This document shows, piece after piece, positions 45,701-63,700 of a stretch of DNA of 64,000 nucleotides (position 1 is the stretch's first letter; every line of letters starts with the position of its first letter). The stretch spans positions 365,366,001 through 365,430,000 of the forward strand of contig OZ024742.1 in NCBI GenBank assembly GCA_964016885.1, written 5' to 3'. The stretch comes from Eledone cirrhosa. Lineage: Eukaryota. The notes beneath the pieces are model-generated. The model was not told where the DNA came from and did not search any database. It saw only the letters and a list, made by a program, of their open reading frames with translations. Both the position numbers and the translations under genes were made by a program.

Positions 45701-48700
45701 CGACCCACCAAACTATATCAGCTAAACCCCCAATACAACGACCCACCAAACCATATCAGGTTAACCCCAAATACAACGACCCACCAAACCATATCAGGTA
45801 AACCCCAAATACAACGACCCACCAAACCATATCAGGTAAACCCCAAATACAACGACCCACTTAACCACATCAGGTAAACCCCAAATACAACGACCCACCA
45901 AACCATATCAGGTAAACCCCAAATAAAACGACCCACCAAACCATATCAGGTAAACCCCAAATACAACGACCCAACAAACCACATCAGGTAAACCCCAAAT
46001 ACAACGACCCACCAAACCATATCAGGTAAACCTCAAATACAACGACCCACCAAACCATATCAGGTAAACCCCAAATACAAAGACCCACCAAACCACACCA
46101 GGTAAACCTCAAATACAACGACCCATCAAACCACATCAGGTAAACCCCAAACACAATGACCCACCAAACCATATCAGGTAAACCCCAAATACAACGACCC
46201 ACCAAACCATATCAGGTAATCCCCAAATACAACGACCCACCAAACCACATCAGGTAAACACCAGATACAACGACCCACCAAACCATATCAGGTAAACCCC
46301 AAATACAACGACCCACCAAACCATATCAGGTAAACCCAAAATACAACGACCCACCAAACCACATCAGGTAAACCCAAATACAACGACCCACCAAACCATA
46401 TCAGGTAAACCCCAAATACAACGACCCACCAAACCATATCAGGTAAACGCCAAATACAACGACCCACCAAACCATATCAGGTAAACCCCAAATACAACGA
46501 CCCACCAAACCATATCAGGTAAACGCCAAATACAACGACCCACCAAACCATATCAGATAAACGCCAAATACAACGACCCACCAAACCACATCAGGTAAAC
46601 CCCAAATACAACGACCCAGCAAACCACATCAGGTAAACCCCAAATACAAAGACCCACCAAACCACATCAGGTAAACCCCAAATACAACGACCCACCAAAC
46701 CACATCAGGTAAACCCCAAATACAACGACCCACCAAACCATATCAGGTAAACCCCAAATACAACGACCCACCAAACCATATCAGGTAAACCCCTAATACA
46801 ACGACCCACCAAACCACATCACGTAAACCCCAAATACAATGACCCACCAAACCATATCAGGTAAACCCCAAATACAACGACCCACCAAACCATATCAGGT
46901 AAACCCCAAATACAACGACCCACCAAACCACATCAGGTAAACCCCAAATACAACGACCCACCAAACCATATCAGGTAAACCCCAAATACAACGACCCACC
47001 AAACCATATCAGATAAACCCAAAATACAACGACCCACCAAACCACATCAGGTACACCCAAATACAACGACCCACCAAACCATATCAGGTAAACCCAAAAT
47101 ACAACGACCCACCAAACCATATCAGATAAACCCCAAATACAACGACCCACCAAACCATATCAGATAAACCCCAAATACAACGACCCACCAAACCGTATCA
47201 GATAAACCCCAAATACAACGACCCACCAAACCACATCAAGTAAACCCCAAATACAAAGACCCACCAAACCATATCAGGTAAACCCCAAATACAACGACCC
47301 ACCAAACCATATCAGGTAAACCCCAAATACAACGACCCACCAAACCACATCAGGTAAACCCCAAATACAACGACCCACCAAACCATATCAGGTAAACCCC
47401 AAATACAACGACCCACCAAACCACATCAGGTAAACTCCAAATACAACGACCCGCCAAACCATATCAGGTAAACCCCAAATACAACGACCCACCAAACCAT
47501 ATCAGGTAAACCCCAAATACAACGACCCACCAAACTATATCAGGTAAACCCCAAATACAACGACCCACCAAACCACATCAGGTAAACCCCAAATACAACG
47601 ACCCACCAAACCATATCAGTTAAACCCCAAATATAACGACCCACCAAACCATATCAGGTAAACCCCAAATACAACGACCCACCAAACCACATCAGGTAAA
47701 CCCGAAATACAATGACCCACCAAACCATATAAGGTAAACCGCAAATACAACGACCCACCAAACCATATCAGGTAAACCCCAAATACAACGACCCATCAAA
47801 CCATATCAGGTTAACCCCAAATACAACGACCCTCTAAACCACATCAGGTAAACCCCAAGTACAACGACCCACCAAACCATATCAGGTAAACCCCAAATAC
47901 AACGACCCACCAAACCATATTAGGTAAAAACCAAATACAACGACCCACCAAACCACATCAGGTAAACCCCAAATACAACGACCCACCAAACCATATCAGG
48001 TAAACCCCAAATACAACGAGCCACCAAACCATATCAGGTAAACCCCAAATACAACGACCGCCCAAACCACATCAGGTAAATCCCAAATACAACGACCCAC
48101 CAAACCATATCAGGTAAACTCCAAATACAACGACCCACCAAACCTTATGAGGTAAACTCTAAATACAACGAAACACCAAACCATATCAGGTAAACCCCAA
48201 ATACAACGACCCACCAAACCTTATGAGGTAAACTCTAAATACAACGACCCACCAAACCATATCAGGTAAACTCCAAATACAACGACCCACCAAACCACAT
48301 CAGGTAAACCCCAAATACAACGACCCACCAAACCTTATGAGGTAAACTCTAAATACAACGAACCACCAAACCATATCAGGTAAACCCCAAATACAACGAC
48401 CCACCAAACCTTATGAGGTAAACTCTAAATACAACGACCCACCAAACCATATCAGGTAAACCCCAAATACAACGAACCCCCAAACCACATCAGGTAAACC
48501 CCAAACACAATGACCCACCAAACCATATCAGGTAAACCCCAAATACAACGACCCACCAAACCATATCAGGTAATCCCCAAATACAACGACCCACCAAACC
48601 ACATCAGGTAAACACCAGATACAACGACCCACCAAACCATATCAGGTAAACCCCAAATACAACGACCCACCAAACCATATCAGGTAAACCCAAAATACAA

Positions 48701-51700
48701 CGACCCACCAAACCACATCAGGTAAACCCAAATACAACGACCCACCAAACCATATCAGGTAAAACCCAAATACAACGACCCACCAAACCATATCAGATAA
48801 ACGCCAAATACAACGACCCACCAAACCACATCAGGTAAACCCCAAATACAACGACCCAGCAAACCACATCAGGTAAACCCCAAATACAAAGACCCACCAA
48901 ACCACATCAGGTAAACCCCAAATACAACGACCCACCAAACCACATCAGGTAAACCCCAAATACAACGACCCACCAAAGCATATCAGGTAAACCCCAAATA
49001 CAACGACCCACCAAACCATATCAGGTAAACCCCAAATACAACGACCCACCAAACCACATCAGGTAAACCCCAAATACAACGACCCACCAAACCATATCAG
49101 GTAAACCCCAAATACAACGACCCACCAAACCATATCAGGTAAACCCCAAATACAACGACCCACCAAACCACATCAGGTAAACTGCAAATACAACGACCCA
49201 CCAAACCACATCACGTAAACCCCAAATACAATGACCCACCAAACCATATCAGGTAAACCCCAAATACAACGACCCACCAAACCATATCAGGTAAACCCCA
49301 AATACAACGACCCACCAAACCATATCAGGTAAACCCCAAATACAACGACCCACCAAACCACATCAGGTAAACCCCAATACAACGACCCACCAAACCATAT
49401 CAGGTAAAGCCCAAATACAACGACCCACCAAACCATATCAGATAAACCCCAAATACAACGACCCACCAAACCACATCAGGTAAACCCCAAATACAATGAC
49501 CCACCAAACCATATCAAGTAAACCTCAAATACAACGACCCACCAAACCACATCAGTTAAACCCCAAATACAACGACCTACCAAACCATATCAGGTAAACC
49601 CCAAATACAACGACCCACCAAACCACATCAGTTAAACACCAAATACAACGACCCATCAAACCACATCAGGTAAACCCCAAATACAACGACCCACCAAACC
49701 ATATCAGGTAAATCCCAAATACAACGACCCACCAAACAATATCAGTTAAACCTCAAATACAACGACCCACCAAACCACATCAGGTATACCCCAAATACAA
49801 CGACCCACCAAACCACATCAGGTAAACCCCAAATACAACGACCCACCAAACCACATCAGGTAAATCCCAAATACAACGACCCACCAAACCACATCAGGTA
49901 AACCCCCAAAACAACGACCCACCAAACCACATCAGGTAAACCCCAAATACAACGACCCACCAAACCAAATCAGGTAAACCCCAAATACAACGACCCACCA
50001 AACCACATCAGGTACACCTCAAATACAACGACCCACTAAACCACATCAGGTAAACCCCAAATACAACAGCCCACCAAACCATATCAGGTAAACTCCAAAT
50101 ACAACGACCCACCAAACCACATCAGGTAAACTCCAAATACAACGACCCACCAAACCATATCAGGTAAACTCCAAATACAACGACCCACCAAACCATATCA
50201 GGTAAACCCCAAATACAACGACCCACCAAACCATATCAGGTAAACCCCAAATACAACGACCCACCAAACCACATCAGGTAAACCCCAAATACAATGACCC
50301 ACCAAACCATATCAGGTAAACCCCAAATACAACGACCCACCAAACCATATCAGGTAATCCCCAAATACAACGACCCACCAAACCACATCAGGTAAACCCC
50401 AAATACAACGACCCACCAAACCATATCAGGTAAACCCCAAATACAACGACCCACCAAACCATATCAGGTAAACCCCAAATACAACGACCCACCAAACCAT
50501 ATCAGATAAACGCCAAATACAACGACCCACCAAACCACATCAGGTAAACCCCAATTACAACGACCCACCAAACCACATCAGGTAAACCCCAAATACAAAG
50601 ACCCACCAAACCATATCAGGTAAACCCCAAATACAACGACCCACCAAACCATATCAGGTAAACCCCAAATACAACGACCCACCAAACCACATCAGGTAAA
50701 CCCCAAATACAACGACCCACCAAACCATATCAGGTAAACCCCAAATACAACGACCCACCAAACCATATCAGATAAACCCCAAATACAACGACCCACCAAA
50801 CCACATCAGGTAAACCCCAAATACAACGACCCACCAAACCACATCAGGTAAACCCCAAATACAAAGACCCACCAAACCATATCAGGTAAACCCCAAATAC
50901 AACGACCCACCAAACCATATCAGGTAAACCCCAAATACAACGACCCACCAAACCACATCAGGTAAACCCCAAATACAACGACCCACCAAACCATATCAGG
51001 TAAACCCCAAATACAACGACCCACCAAACCATATCAGATAAACCCCAAATACAACGACCCACCAAACCATATCAGATAAACGCCAAATACAACGACCCAC
51101 CAAACCACATCAGGTAAACCCCAAATACAACGACCCACCAAACCACATCAGGTAAATCCCAAATACAACGACCCACCAAACCACATCAGGTAAACCCCAA
51201 ATACAACGACCCACCAAACCACATCAGGTAAACCCCAAATACAACGACCCACCAAACCACATCAGGTAAAACCCAAATACAACGACCCACCAAACCACAT
51301 CAGGTAAACCTCAAATACAACGACCCACTAAACCACATCAGGTAAACCCCAAATACAACGACCCACCAAACCATATCAGGTAAACTCCAAATACAACGAC
51401 CCACCAAACCATATCAGGTAAACTCCAAATACAACGACCCACCAAACCATATCAGGTAAACCCCAAATACAACGACCCACCAAACCATATCAGGTAAACC
51501 CCAAATACAACGACCCACCAAACCATATCAGGTAAACTCCAAATACAACGACCCACCAAACCACATCAGGTAAACCCCAAATACAATGACCCACAAACCA
51601 TATCAGGTAAACCCCAAATACAACGACCCACCAAACATATCAGGTAATCCCCAAATACAACGACCCACCAAACCACATCAGGTAAACCCCAAATACAACG

Positions 51701-54700
51701 ACCCACCAAACCATACCAGGTAAACCCCAAATACAATGACCCACCAAACCATATCAGGTAAACCCAAAATACAACGACCCACCAAACCACATCAGGTAAA
51801 CCCAAATACAACGACCCACCAAACCATATCAGGTAAACCCCAAATACAACGACCCACCAAACCATATCAGGTAAACCCCAAATACAACGACCCACCAAAC
51901 CATATCAGATAAACGCCAAATACAACGACACACGAAACCACATCAGGTAAACCCCAAATACAACGACCCACCAAACCACATCAGGTAAACCCCAAATACA
52001 AAGACCCACCAAACCATATCAGGTAAACCCCAAATACAACGACCCACCAAACCACATCAGGTAAACCCCAAATACAACGACCCACCAAACCACATCAGGT
52101 AAACCCCAAATACAACGACCCACCAAACCATATCAGGTAAACCCCAAATACAACGACCCACCAAACCATATCAGATAAACGCCAAATACAACGACCCACC
52201 AAACCACATCAGGTAAACCCCAAATACAACGACCCAGCAAACCACATCAGGTAAACCCCAAATACAAAGACCCACCAAACCACATCAGGAAAACCCCAAA
52301 TACAACGACCCACCAAACCACATCAGGTAAACCGCAAATACAACGACCCACCAAACCATATCAGGTAAACCCCAAATACAACGACCCACCAAACCATATC
52401 AGGTAAACCCCTAATACAACGACCCACCAAACCACATCACGTAAACCCCAAATACAATGACCCACCAAACCATATCAGGTAAACCCCAAATACAACGACC
52501 CACCAAACCATATCAGGTAAACCCCAAATACAACGACCCACCAAACCACATCAGGTAAACCCCAAATACAACGACCCACCAAACCATATCAGGTAAACCC
52601 CAAATACAACGACCCACCAAACCATATCAGATAAACCCCTAATACAACGACCCACCAAACCACATCACGTAAACCCCAAATACAATGACCCACCAAACCA
52701 TATCAGGTAAACCCCAAATACAACGACCCACCAAACCACATCAGTTAAACCCCAAATACAACGACCTACCAAACCATATCAGGTAAACCCCAAATACAAC
52801 GACCCACCAAACCACATCAGTTAAACACCAAATACAACGACCCACCAAACCACATCAGGTAAACCCCAAATACAACGACCCACCAAACCATATCAGGTAA
52901 ATCCCAAATACAACGACCCACCAAACAATATCAGGTAAACCCCAAATACAACGACCCACTAAACCACATCAGGTAAACCCCAAATACAACGACCCACCAA
53001 ACCATATCAGGTAAACACTAAATACAACGACCCACCAAACCATATCAGGTAAACCCCAAATACAACGACCCACCAAACCATATCAGTTAAATCCCAAATA
53101 CAACGACCCACCAAACCACATCAGGTAAACCCCAAATACAACGACCCACCAAACCATATCAGGTAAACTCCAAATACAACGACCCACCAAACCATATCAG
53201 GTAAATCCCAAATACAACGACCCACCAAACCACATCAGGTAAACCCCAAATACAACGACCCACCAAACCATATCAGCTAAACCCCAAATACAACGACCCA
53301 CCAAACCATATCAGGTAAACCCCAAATACAACGACCCACCAAACCCATCAGGTAAACCCCGAATACAACGACCCACTAAACCATATCAGGTAAACCCCAA
53401 ATACAACGACCCACCAAACCACATCAGGTAAACCCCAAATACAACGACCCACCAAACCACATCAGTTAAACCCCAAATACAACGACCCACTAAACCATAT
53501 CAGGTAAACCCCAAATACAACGACCCACCAAACCACATCAGGTAAACCCCAAATACAACGACCCACCAAACCACATCAGGTAAACCCCAAATACAACGAC
53601 CCACTAAACCATATCAGGTAAACCTCAAATACAACGACCCACCAGACCACATCAGGTAAACCCCAAATACAACGACCCACCAAACCACATCAGGTAAACC
53701 CCAAATACAACGACCCACCAAACCACATCAGGTAAAACCCAAATACAACGACCCACCAAACCACATCAGGTAAACCTCAAATACAACGACCCACTAAACC
53801 ACATCAGGTAAACCCCAAATACAACGACCCACCAAACCATATCAGGTAAACTCCAAATACAACGACCCACCAAACCATATCAGGTAAACTCCAAATACAA
53901 CGACCCACCAAACCATATCAGGTAAACCCCAAATACAACGACCCACCAAACCATATCAGGTAAACCCCAAATACAACGACCCACCAAACCATATCAGGTA
54001 AACTCCAAATACAACGACCCACCAAACCACATCAGGTAAACCCCAAATACAATGACCCACAAACCATATCAGGTAAACCCCAAATACAACGACCCACCAA
54101 ACATATCAGGTAATCCCCAAATACAACGACCCACCAAACCACATCAGGTAAACCCCAAATACAACGACCCACCAAACCATACCAGGTAAACCCCAAATAC
54201 AATGACCCACCAAACCATATCAGGTAAACCCAAAATACAACGACCCACCAAACCACATCAGGTAAACCCAAATACAACGACCCACCAAACCATATCAGGT
54301 AAACCCCAAATACAACGACCCACCAAACCATATCAGGTAAACCCCAAATACAACGACCCACCAAACCATATCAGATAAACGCCAAATACAACGACACACG
54401 AAACCACATCAGGTAAACCCCAAATACAACGACCCACCAAACCACATCAGGTAAACCCCAAATACAAAGACCCACCAAACCATATCAGGTAAACCCCAAA
54501 TACAACGACCCACCAAACCACATCAGGTAAACCCCAAATACAACGACCCACCAAACCACATCAGGTAAACCCCAAATACAACGACCCACCAAACCATATC
54601 AGGTAAACCCCAAATACAACGACCCACCAAACCATATCAGATAAACGCCAAATACAACGACCCACCAAACCACATCAGGTAAACCCCAAATACAACGACC

Positions 54701-57700
54701 CAGCAAACCACATCAGGTAAACCCCAAATACAAAGACCCACCAAACCACATCAGGAAAACCCCAAATACAACGACCCACCAAACCACATCAGGTAAACCG
54801 CAAATACAACGACCCACCAAACCATATCAGGTAAACCCCAAATACAACGACCCACCAAACCATATCAGGTAAACCCCTAATACAACGACCCACCAAACCA
54901 CATCACGTAAACCCCAAATACAATGACCCACCAAACCATATCAGGTAAACCCCAAATACAACGACCCACCAAACCATATCAGGTAAACCCCAAATACAAC
55001 GACCCACCAAACCACATCAGGTAAACCCCAAATACAACGACCCACCAAACCATATCAGGTAAACCCCAAATACAACGACCCACCAAACCATATCAGATAA
55101 ACCCCTAATACAACGACCCACCAAACCACATCACGTAAACCCCAAATACAATGACCCACCAAACCATATCAGGTAAACCCCAAATACAACGACCCACCAA
55201 ACCACATCAGTTAAACCCCAAATACAACGACCTACCAAACCATATCAGGTAAACCCCAAATACAACGACCCACCAAACCACATCAGTTAAACACCAATTA
55301 CAACGACCCACCAAACCACATCAGGTAAACCCCAAATACAACGACCCACCAAACCATATCAGGTAAATCCCAAATACAACGACCCACCAAACAATATCAG
55401 GTAAACCCCAAATACAACGACCCACTAAACCACATCAGGTAAACCCCAAATACAACGACCCACCAAACCATATCAGGTAAACACTAAATACAACGACCCA
55501 CCAAACCATATCAGGTAAACCCCAAATACAACGACCCACCAAACCATATCAGTTAAATCCCAAATACAACGACCCACCAAACCACATCAGGTAAACCCCA
55601 AATACAACGACCCACCAAACCATATCAGGTAAACTCCAAATACAACGACCCACCAAACCATATCAGGTAAATCCCAAATACAACGACCCACCAAACCACA
55701 TCAGGTAAACCCCAAATACAACGACCCACCAAACCATATCAGCTAAACCCCAAATACAACGACCCACCAAACCATATCAGGCAAACCCCAAATACAACGA
55801 CCCACCAAACCCATCAGGTAAACCCCGAATACAACGACCCACTAAACCATATCAGGTAAACCCCAAATACAACGACCTACCAAACCACATCAGGTAAACC
55901 CCAAATACAACGACCCACCAAACCACATCAGTTAAACCCCAAATACAACGACCCACTAAACCATATCAGGTAAACCCCAAATACAACGACCCACCAAACC
56001 ACATCAGGTAAACCCCAAATACAACGACCCACCAAACCACATCAGGTAAACCCCAAATACAACGACCCACTAAACCATATCAGGTAAACCTCAAATACAA
56101 CGACCCACCAGACCACATCAGGTAAACCCCAAATACAACGACCCACCAAACCACATCAGGTAAACCCCAAATACAACGACCCACCAAACCACATCAGGTA
56201 AATCCCAAATACAACGACCCACCAAACCACATCAGGTAAACCCCAAATACAACGACCCACCAAACCACATCAGGTAAACCCCAAATACAACGACCCACCA
56301 AACCACATCACGTAAACCCCAAATACAACGACCCACCAAACCACATCAGGTAAACCTCAAATACAACGACCCACTAAACCACATCAGGTAAACCCCAAAT
56401 ACAACGACCCACCAAACCATATCAGGTAAACTCCAAATACAACGACCCACCAAACCATATCAGGTAAACCCCAAATACAACGACCCACCAAACCACATCA
56501 GGTAAACCCCGAATACAACGACCCACTAAACCATATCAGGTAAACCCCAAATACAACGACCCACCAAACCACATCACGTAAACCCCAAATACAACGACCC
56601 ACCAAACCACATCAGGTAAACCTCAAATACAACGACCCACCAAACCACATCAGGTAAACCCCAAATACAACGACCCACCAAACCACATCAGGTAAACCCC
56701 AAATACAACGACCCACCAAACCACATCACGTAAACCTCAAATACAACGACCCACCAAACCACATCAGGTAAACCTCAAATACAACGACCCACCAAACCAC
56801 ATCAGGTAAACCCCAAATACAACGACCCACCAAACCACATCAGGTAAACCCCAAATACAACGACCCACCAAACCACATCACGTAAACCCCAAATACAACG
56901 ACCCACCAAACCACATCAGGTAAACCTCAAATACAACGACCCACCAAACCACATCAGGTAAACCCCAAATACAACGACCCACCAAACCACATCAGGTAAA
57001 CCCCAAATACAACGACCCACCAAACCATATCAGGTAAACTCCAAATACAACGACCCACCAAACCATATCAGGTAAACTCCAAATACAACGACCCACCAAA
57101 CCATATCAGGTAAACCCCAAATACAACGACCCACCAAACCATATCAGGTAAACCCCAAATACAACGACCGACCAAACCATATCAGGTAAACCCCAAATAC
57201 AACGACCCACCAAACCACATCAGGTAAACCCCAAATACAATGACCCACCAAACCATATCAGGTAAACCCCAAATACAACGACCCACCAAACCATATCAGG
57301 TAATCCCCAAATACAACGACCCACCAAACCACATCAGGTAAACCCCAAATACAACGACCCACCAAACCACATTAGGTAAACCCAAATACAACGACCCACC
57401 AAACCATATCAGATAAACGCCAAATACAACGACCCACCAAACCACATCAGGTAAACCCAAATACAACGACCCACCAAACCATATCAGATAAACCCCAAAT
57501 ACAACGACCCACCAAACCATATCAGGTAAACCCCAAATACAACGACCCACCAAACCATATCAGATAAACCCCAAATACAACGACCCACCAAACCATATCA
57601 GGTAAACCCCAAATACAACGACCCACCAAACCACATCAGGTAAACCCCAAATACAACGACCCACCAAACCATATCAGGTAAACCCCAAATACAACGACCC

Positions 57701-60700
57701 ACCAAACCACATCAGGTAAACTCCAAATACAATGACCCACCAAACCACATCATTTAAACCCCAAATACAACGACCCACCAAACCGTATCAGGTAAATCCC
57801 AAATACAACGACCCACCAAACCACATCAGGTAAACCCCAAATACAACGACCCACCAAACCATATCAGGTAAACCCCAAATACAACGACCCACCAAACCAT
57901 ATCAGGTAAACCCCTAATACAACGACCCACCAAACCATATCAGGTAAACCCCTAATACAACGACCCACCAAACCACATCACGTAAACCCCAAATACAATG
58001 ACCCACCAAACCATATCAGGTAAACCCCAAATACAACGACCCACCAAACCATATCAGGTAAACCCCAAATACAACGACCCACCAAACCACATCAGGTAAA
58101 CCCCAAATACAATGACCCACCAAACCATATCAGGTAAACCCCAAATACAACGACCCACCAAACCACATCAGGTAAACCCCAAATACAACGACCCACCAAA
58201 CCCATCAGGTAAACCCCGAATACAACGACCCACTAAACCATATCAGGTAAACCCCAAATACAACGACCCACCAAACCACATCAGGTAAACCCCAAATACA
58301 ACGACCCACCAAACCACATCAGTTAAACCCCAAATACAACGACCCACTAAACCATATCAGGTAAACCCCAAATACAACGACCCACCAAACCACATCAGGT
58401 AAACCCCAAATACAACGACCCACCAAACCACATCAGGTAAACCCCAAATACAACGACCCACTAAACCATATCAGGTAAACCTCAAATACAACGACCCACC
58501 AGACCACATCAGGTAAACCCCAAATACAACGACCCACCAAACCACATCAGGTAAACCCCAAATACAACGACCCACCAAACCACATCAGGTAAATCCCAAA
58601 TACAACGACCCACCAAACCACATCAGGTAAACCCCAAATACAACGACCCACCAAACCACATCAGGTAAACCCCAAATACAACGACCCACCAAACCACATC
58701 ACGTAAACCCCAAATACAACGACCCACCAAACCACATCAGGTAAACCTCAAATACAACGACCCACTAAACCACATCAGGTAAACCCCAAATACAACGACC
58801 CACCAAACCATATCAGGTAAACTCCAAATACAACGACCCACCAAACCATATCAGGTAAACCCCAAATACAACGACCCACCAAACCACATCAGGTAAACCC
58901 CGAATACAACGACCCACTAAACCATATCAGGTAAACCCCAAATACAACGACCCACCAAACCACATCAGGTAAACCCCAAATACAACGACCCACCAAACCA
59001 CATCAGTTAAACCCCAAATACAACGACCCACTAAACCACATCAGGTAAACCCCAAATACAACGACCCACCAAACCACATCAGGTAAACCCCAAATACAAC
59101 GACCCACCAAACCATATCAGTTAAACCCCAAATACAACGACCCACCAAACCACATCAGGTAAACCCCAAATACAACGACCCACCAAACCACATCAGGTAA
59201 ACCCCAAATACAACGACCCACTAAACCATATCAGGTAAACCTCAAATACAACGACCCACCAAACCACATCAGGTAAACCCCAAATACAACGACCCACCAA
59301 ACCACATCAGGTAAACCCCAAATACAACGACCCACCAAACCACATCAGGTAAATCCCAAATACAACGACCCACCAAACCACATCAGGTAAACCCCAAATA
59401 CAACGACCCACCAAACCACATCACGTAAACCCCAAATACAACGACCCACCAAACCACATCAGGTAAACCTCAAATACAACGACCCACCAAACCACATCAG
59501 GTAAACCCCAAATACAACGACCCACCAAACCACATCAGGTAAACCCCAAATACAACGACCCACCAAACCACATCACGTAAACCTCAAATACAACGACCCA
59601 CCAAACCACATCAGGTAAACCTCAAATACAACGACCCACCAAACCACATCAGGTAAACCCCAAATACAACGACCCACCAAACCACATCAGGTAAACCCCA
59701 AATACAACGACCCACCAAACCACATCACGTAAACCCCAAATACAACGACCCACCAAACCACATCAGGTAAACCTCAAATACAACGACCCACCAAACCACA
59801 TCAGGTAAACCCCAAATACAACGACCCACCAAACCACATCAGGTAAACCCCAAATACAACGACCCACCAAACCATATCAGGTAAACTCCAAATACAACGA
59901 CCCACCAAACCATATCAGGTAAACTCCAAATACAACGACCCACCAAACCATATCAGGTAAACCCCAAATACAACGACCCACCAAACCATATCAGGTAAAC
60001 CCCAAATACAACGACCCACCAAACCATATCAGGTAAACCCCAAATACAACGACCCACCAAACCACATCAGGTAAACCCCAAATACAATGACCCACCAAAC
60101 CATATCAGGTAAACCCCAAATACAACGACCCACCAAACCATATCAGGTAATCCCCAAATACAACGACCCACCAAACCACATCAGGTAAACCCCAAATACA
60201 ACGACCCACCAAACCATATCAGGTAAACCCCAAATACAACGACCCACCAAACCTTATCAGGTAAACCCAAAATACAACGACCCACCAAACCATATCAGGT
60301 AAACCCCAAATACAACGACCCACCAAACCACATTAGGTAAACCCAAATACAACGACCCACCAAACCATATCAGATAAACGCCAAATACAACGACCCACCA
60401 AACCACATCAGGTAAACCCAAATACAACGACCCACCAAACCATATCAGATAAACCCCAAATACAACGACCCACCAAACCATATCAGGTAAACCCCAAATA
60501 CAACGACCCACCAAACCATATCAGATAAACCCCAAATACAACGACCCACCAAACCATATCAGGTAAACCCCAAATACAACGACCCACCAAACCACATCAG
60601 GTAAACCCCAAATACAACGACCCACCAAACCATATCAGGTAAACCCCAAATACAACGACCCACCAAACCACATCAGGTAAACTCCAAATACAATGACCCA

Positions 60701-63700
60701 CCAAACCACATCATTTAAACCCCAAATACAACGACCCACCAAACCGTATCAGGTAAATCCCAAATACAACGACCCACCAAACCACATCAGGTAAACCCCA
60801 AATACAACGACCCACCAAACCACATCAGGTAAACCCCAAATACAAAGACCCACCAAACCATATCAGGTAAACCCCAAATACAACGACCCACCAAACCATA
60901 TCAGGTAAACCCCAAATACAACGACCCACCAAACCACATCAGGTAAACCCCAAATACAACGACCCACCAAACCATATCAGGTAAACCCCAAATACAACGA
61001 CCCACCAAACCATATCAGATAAACCCCAAATACAACGACCCACCAAACCATATCAGATAAACGCCAAATACAACGACCCACCAAACCACATCAGGTAAAC
61101 CCCAAATACAACGACCCACCAAACCACATCAGGTAAATCCCAAATACAACGACCCACCAAACCACATCAGGTAAACCCCAAATACAACGACCCACCAAAC
61201 CACATCAGGTAAACCCCAAATACAACGACCCACCAAACCACATCAGGTAAAACCCAAATACAACGACCCACCAAACCACATCAGGTAAACCTCAAATACA
61301 ACGACCCACTAAACCACATCAGGTAAACCCCAAATACAACGACCCACCAAACCATATCAGGTAAACTCCAAATACAACGACCCACCAAACCATATCAGGT
61401 AAACTCCAAATACAACGACCCACCAAACCATATCAGGTAAACCCCAAATACAACGACCCACCAAACCATATCAGGTAAACCCCAAATACAACGACCCACC
61501 AAACCATATCAGGTAAACTCCAAATACAACGACCCACCAAACCACATCAGGTAAACCCCAAATACAATGACCCACAAACCATATCAGGTAAACCCCAAAT
61601 ACAACGACCCACCAAACCATATCAGGTAATCCCCAAATACAACGACCCACCAAACCACATCAGGTAAACCCCAAATACAACGACCCACCAAACCATACCA
61701 GGTAAACCCCAAATACAATGACCCACCAAACCATATCAGGTAAACCCAAAATACAACGACCCACCAAACCACATCAGGTAAACCCAAATACAACGACCCA
61801 CCAAACCATATCAGGTAAACCCCAAATACAACGACCCACCAAACCATATCAGCTAAACCCCAAATACAACGACCCACCAAACCATATCAGATAAACGCCA
61901 AATACAACGACACACGAAACCACATCAGGTAAACCCCAAATACAACGACCCACCAAACCACATCAGGTAAACCCCAAATACAAAGACCCACCAAACCATA
62001 TCAGGTAAACCCCAAATACAACGACCCACCAAACCACATCAGGTAAACCCCAAATACAACGACCCACCAAACCACATCAGGTAAACCCCAAATACAACGA
62101 CCCACCAAACCATATCAGGTAAACCCCAAATACAACGACCCACCAAACCATATCAGATAAACGCCAAATACAACGACCCACCAAACCACATCAGGTAAAC
62201 CCCAAATACAACGACCCAGCAAACCACATCAGGTAAACCCCAAATACAAAGACCCACCAAACCACATCAGGTAAACCCCAAATACAACGACCCACCAAAC
62301 CATATCAGGTAAATCCCAAATACAACGACCCACCAAACAATATCAGGTAAACCCCAAATACAACGACCCACTAAACCACATCAGGTAAACCCCAAATACA
62401 ACGACCCACCAAACCATATCAGGTAAACACTAAATACAACGACCCACCAAACCATATCAGGTAAACCCCAAATACAACGACCCACCAAACCATATCAGTT
62501 AAATCCCAAATACAACGACCCACCAAACCACATCAGGTAAACCCCAAATACAACGACCCACCAAACCATATCAGGTAAACTCCAAATACAACGACCCACC
62601 AAACTATATCAGGTAAATCCCAAATACAACGACCCACCAAACCACATCAGGTAAACCCCAAATACAACGACCCACCAAACCATATCAGCTAAACCCCAAA
62701 TACAACGACCCACCAAACCATATCAGGTAAACCCCAAATACAACGACCCACCAAACCCATCAGGTAAACCCCGAATACAACGACCCACTAAACCATATCA
62801 GGTAAACCCCAAATACAACGACCCACCAAACCACATCAGGTAAACCCCAAATACAACGACCCACCAAACCACATCAGTTAAACCCCAAATACAACGACCC
62901 ACTAAACCATATCAGGTAAACCCCAAATACAACGACCCACCAAACCACATCAGGTAAACCCCAAATACAACGACCCACCAAACCACATCAGGTAAACCCC
63001 AAATACAACGACCCACTAAACCATATCAGGTAAACCTCAAATACAACGACCCACCAGACCACATCAGGTAAACCCCAAATACAACGACCCACCAAACCAC
63101 ATCAGGTAAACCCCAAATACAACGACCCACCAAACCACATCAGGTAAATCCCAAATACAACGACCCACCAAACCACATCAGGTAAACCCCAAATACAACG
63201 ACCCACCAAACCACATCAGGTAAACCCCAAATACAACGACCCACCAAACCACATCACGTAAACCCCAAATACAACGACCCACCAAACCACATCAGGTAAA
63301 CCTCAAATACAACGACCCACTAAACCACATCAGGTAAACCCCAAATACAACGACCCACCAAACCATATCAGGTAAACTCCAAATACAACGACCCACCAAA
63401 CCATATCAGGTAAACCCCAAATACAACGACCCACCAAACCACATCAGGTAAACCCCGAATACAACGACCCACTAAACCATATCAGGTAAACCCCAAATAC
63501 AACGACCCACCAAACCACATCAGGTAAACCCCAAATACAACGACCCACCAAACCACATCAGTTAAACCCCAAATACAACGACCCACTAAACCACATCAGG
63601 TAAACCCCAAATACAACGACCCACCAAATAACATCAGGTAAACCCCAAATACAACGACCCACCAAACCATATCAGTTAAACCCCAAATACAACGACCCAC

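Noticed and set aside
36713-61880. Minus-strand ORFs such as MVGRCIWGLPDMVWWVVVFGVYLIWFGGSLYLGFT
   Set aside because: They are a consequence of the 38-bp unit cycling through three frames, with a TGA every third unit; longer ORFs arise only where chance indels or substitutions skip the stop.
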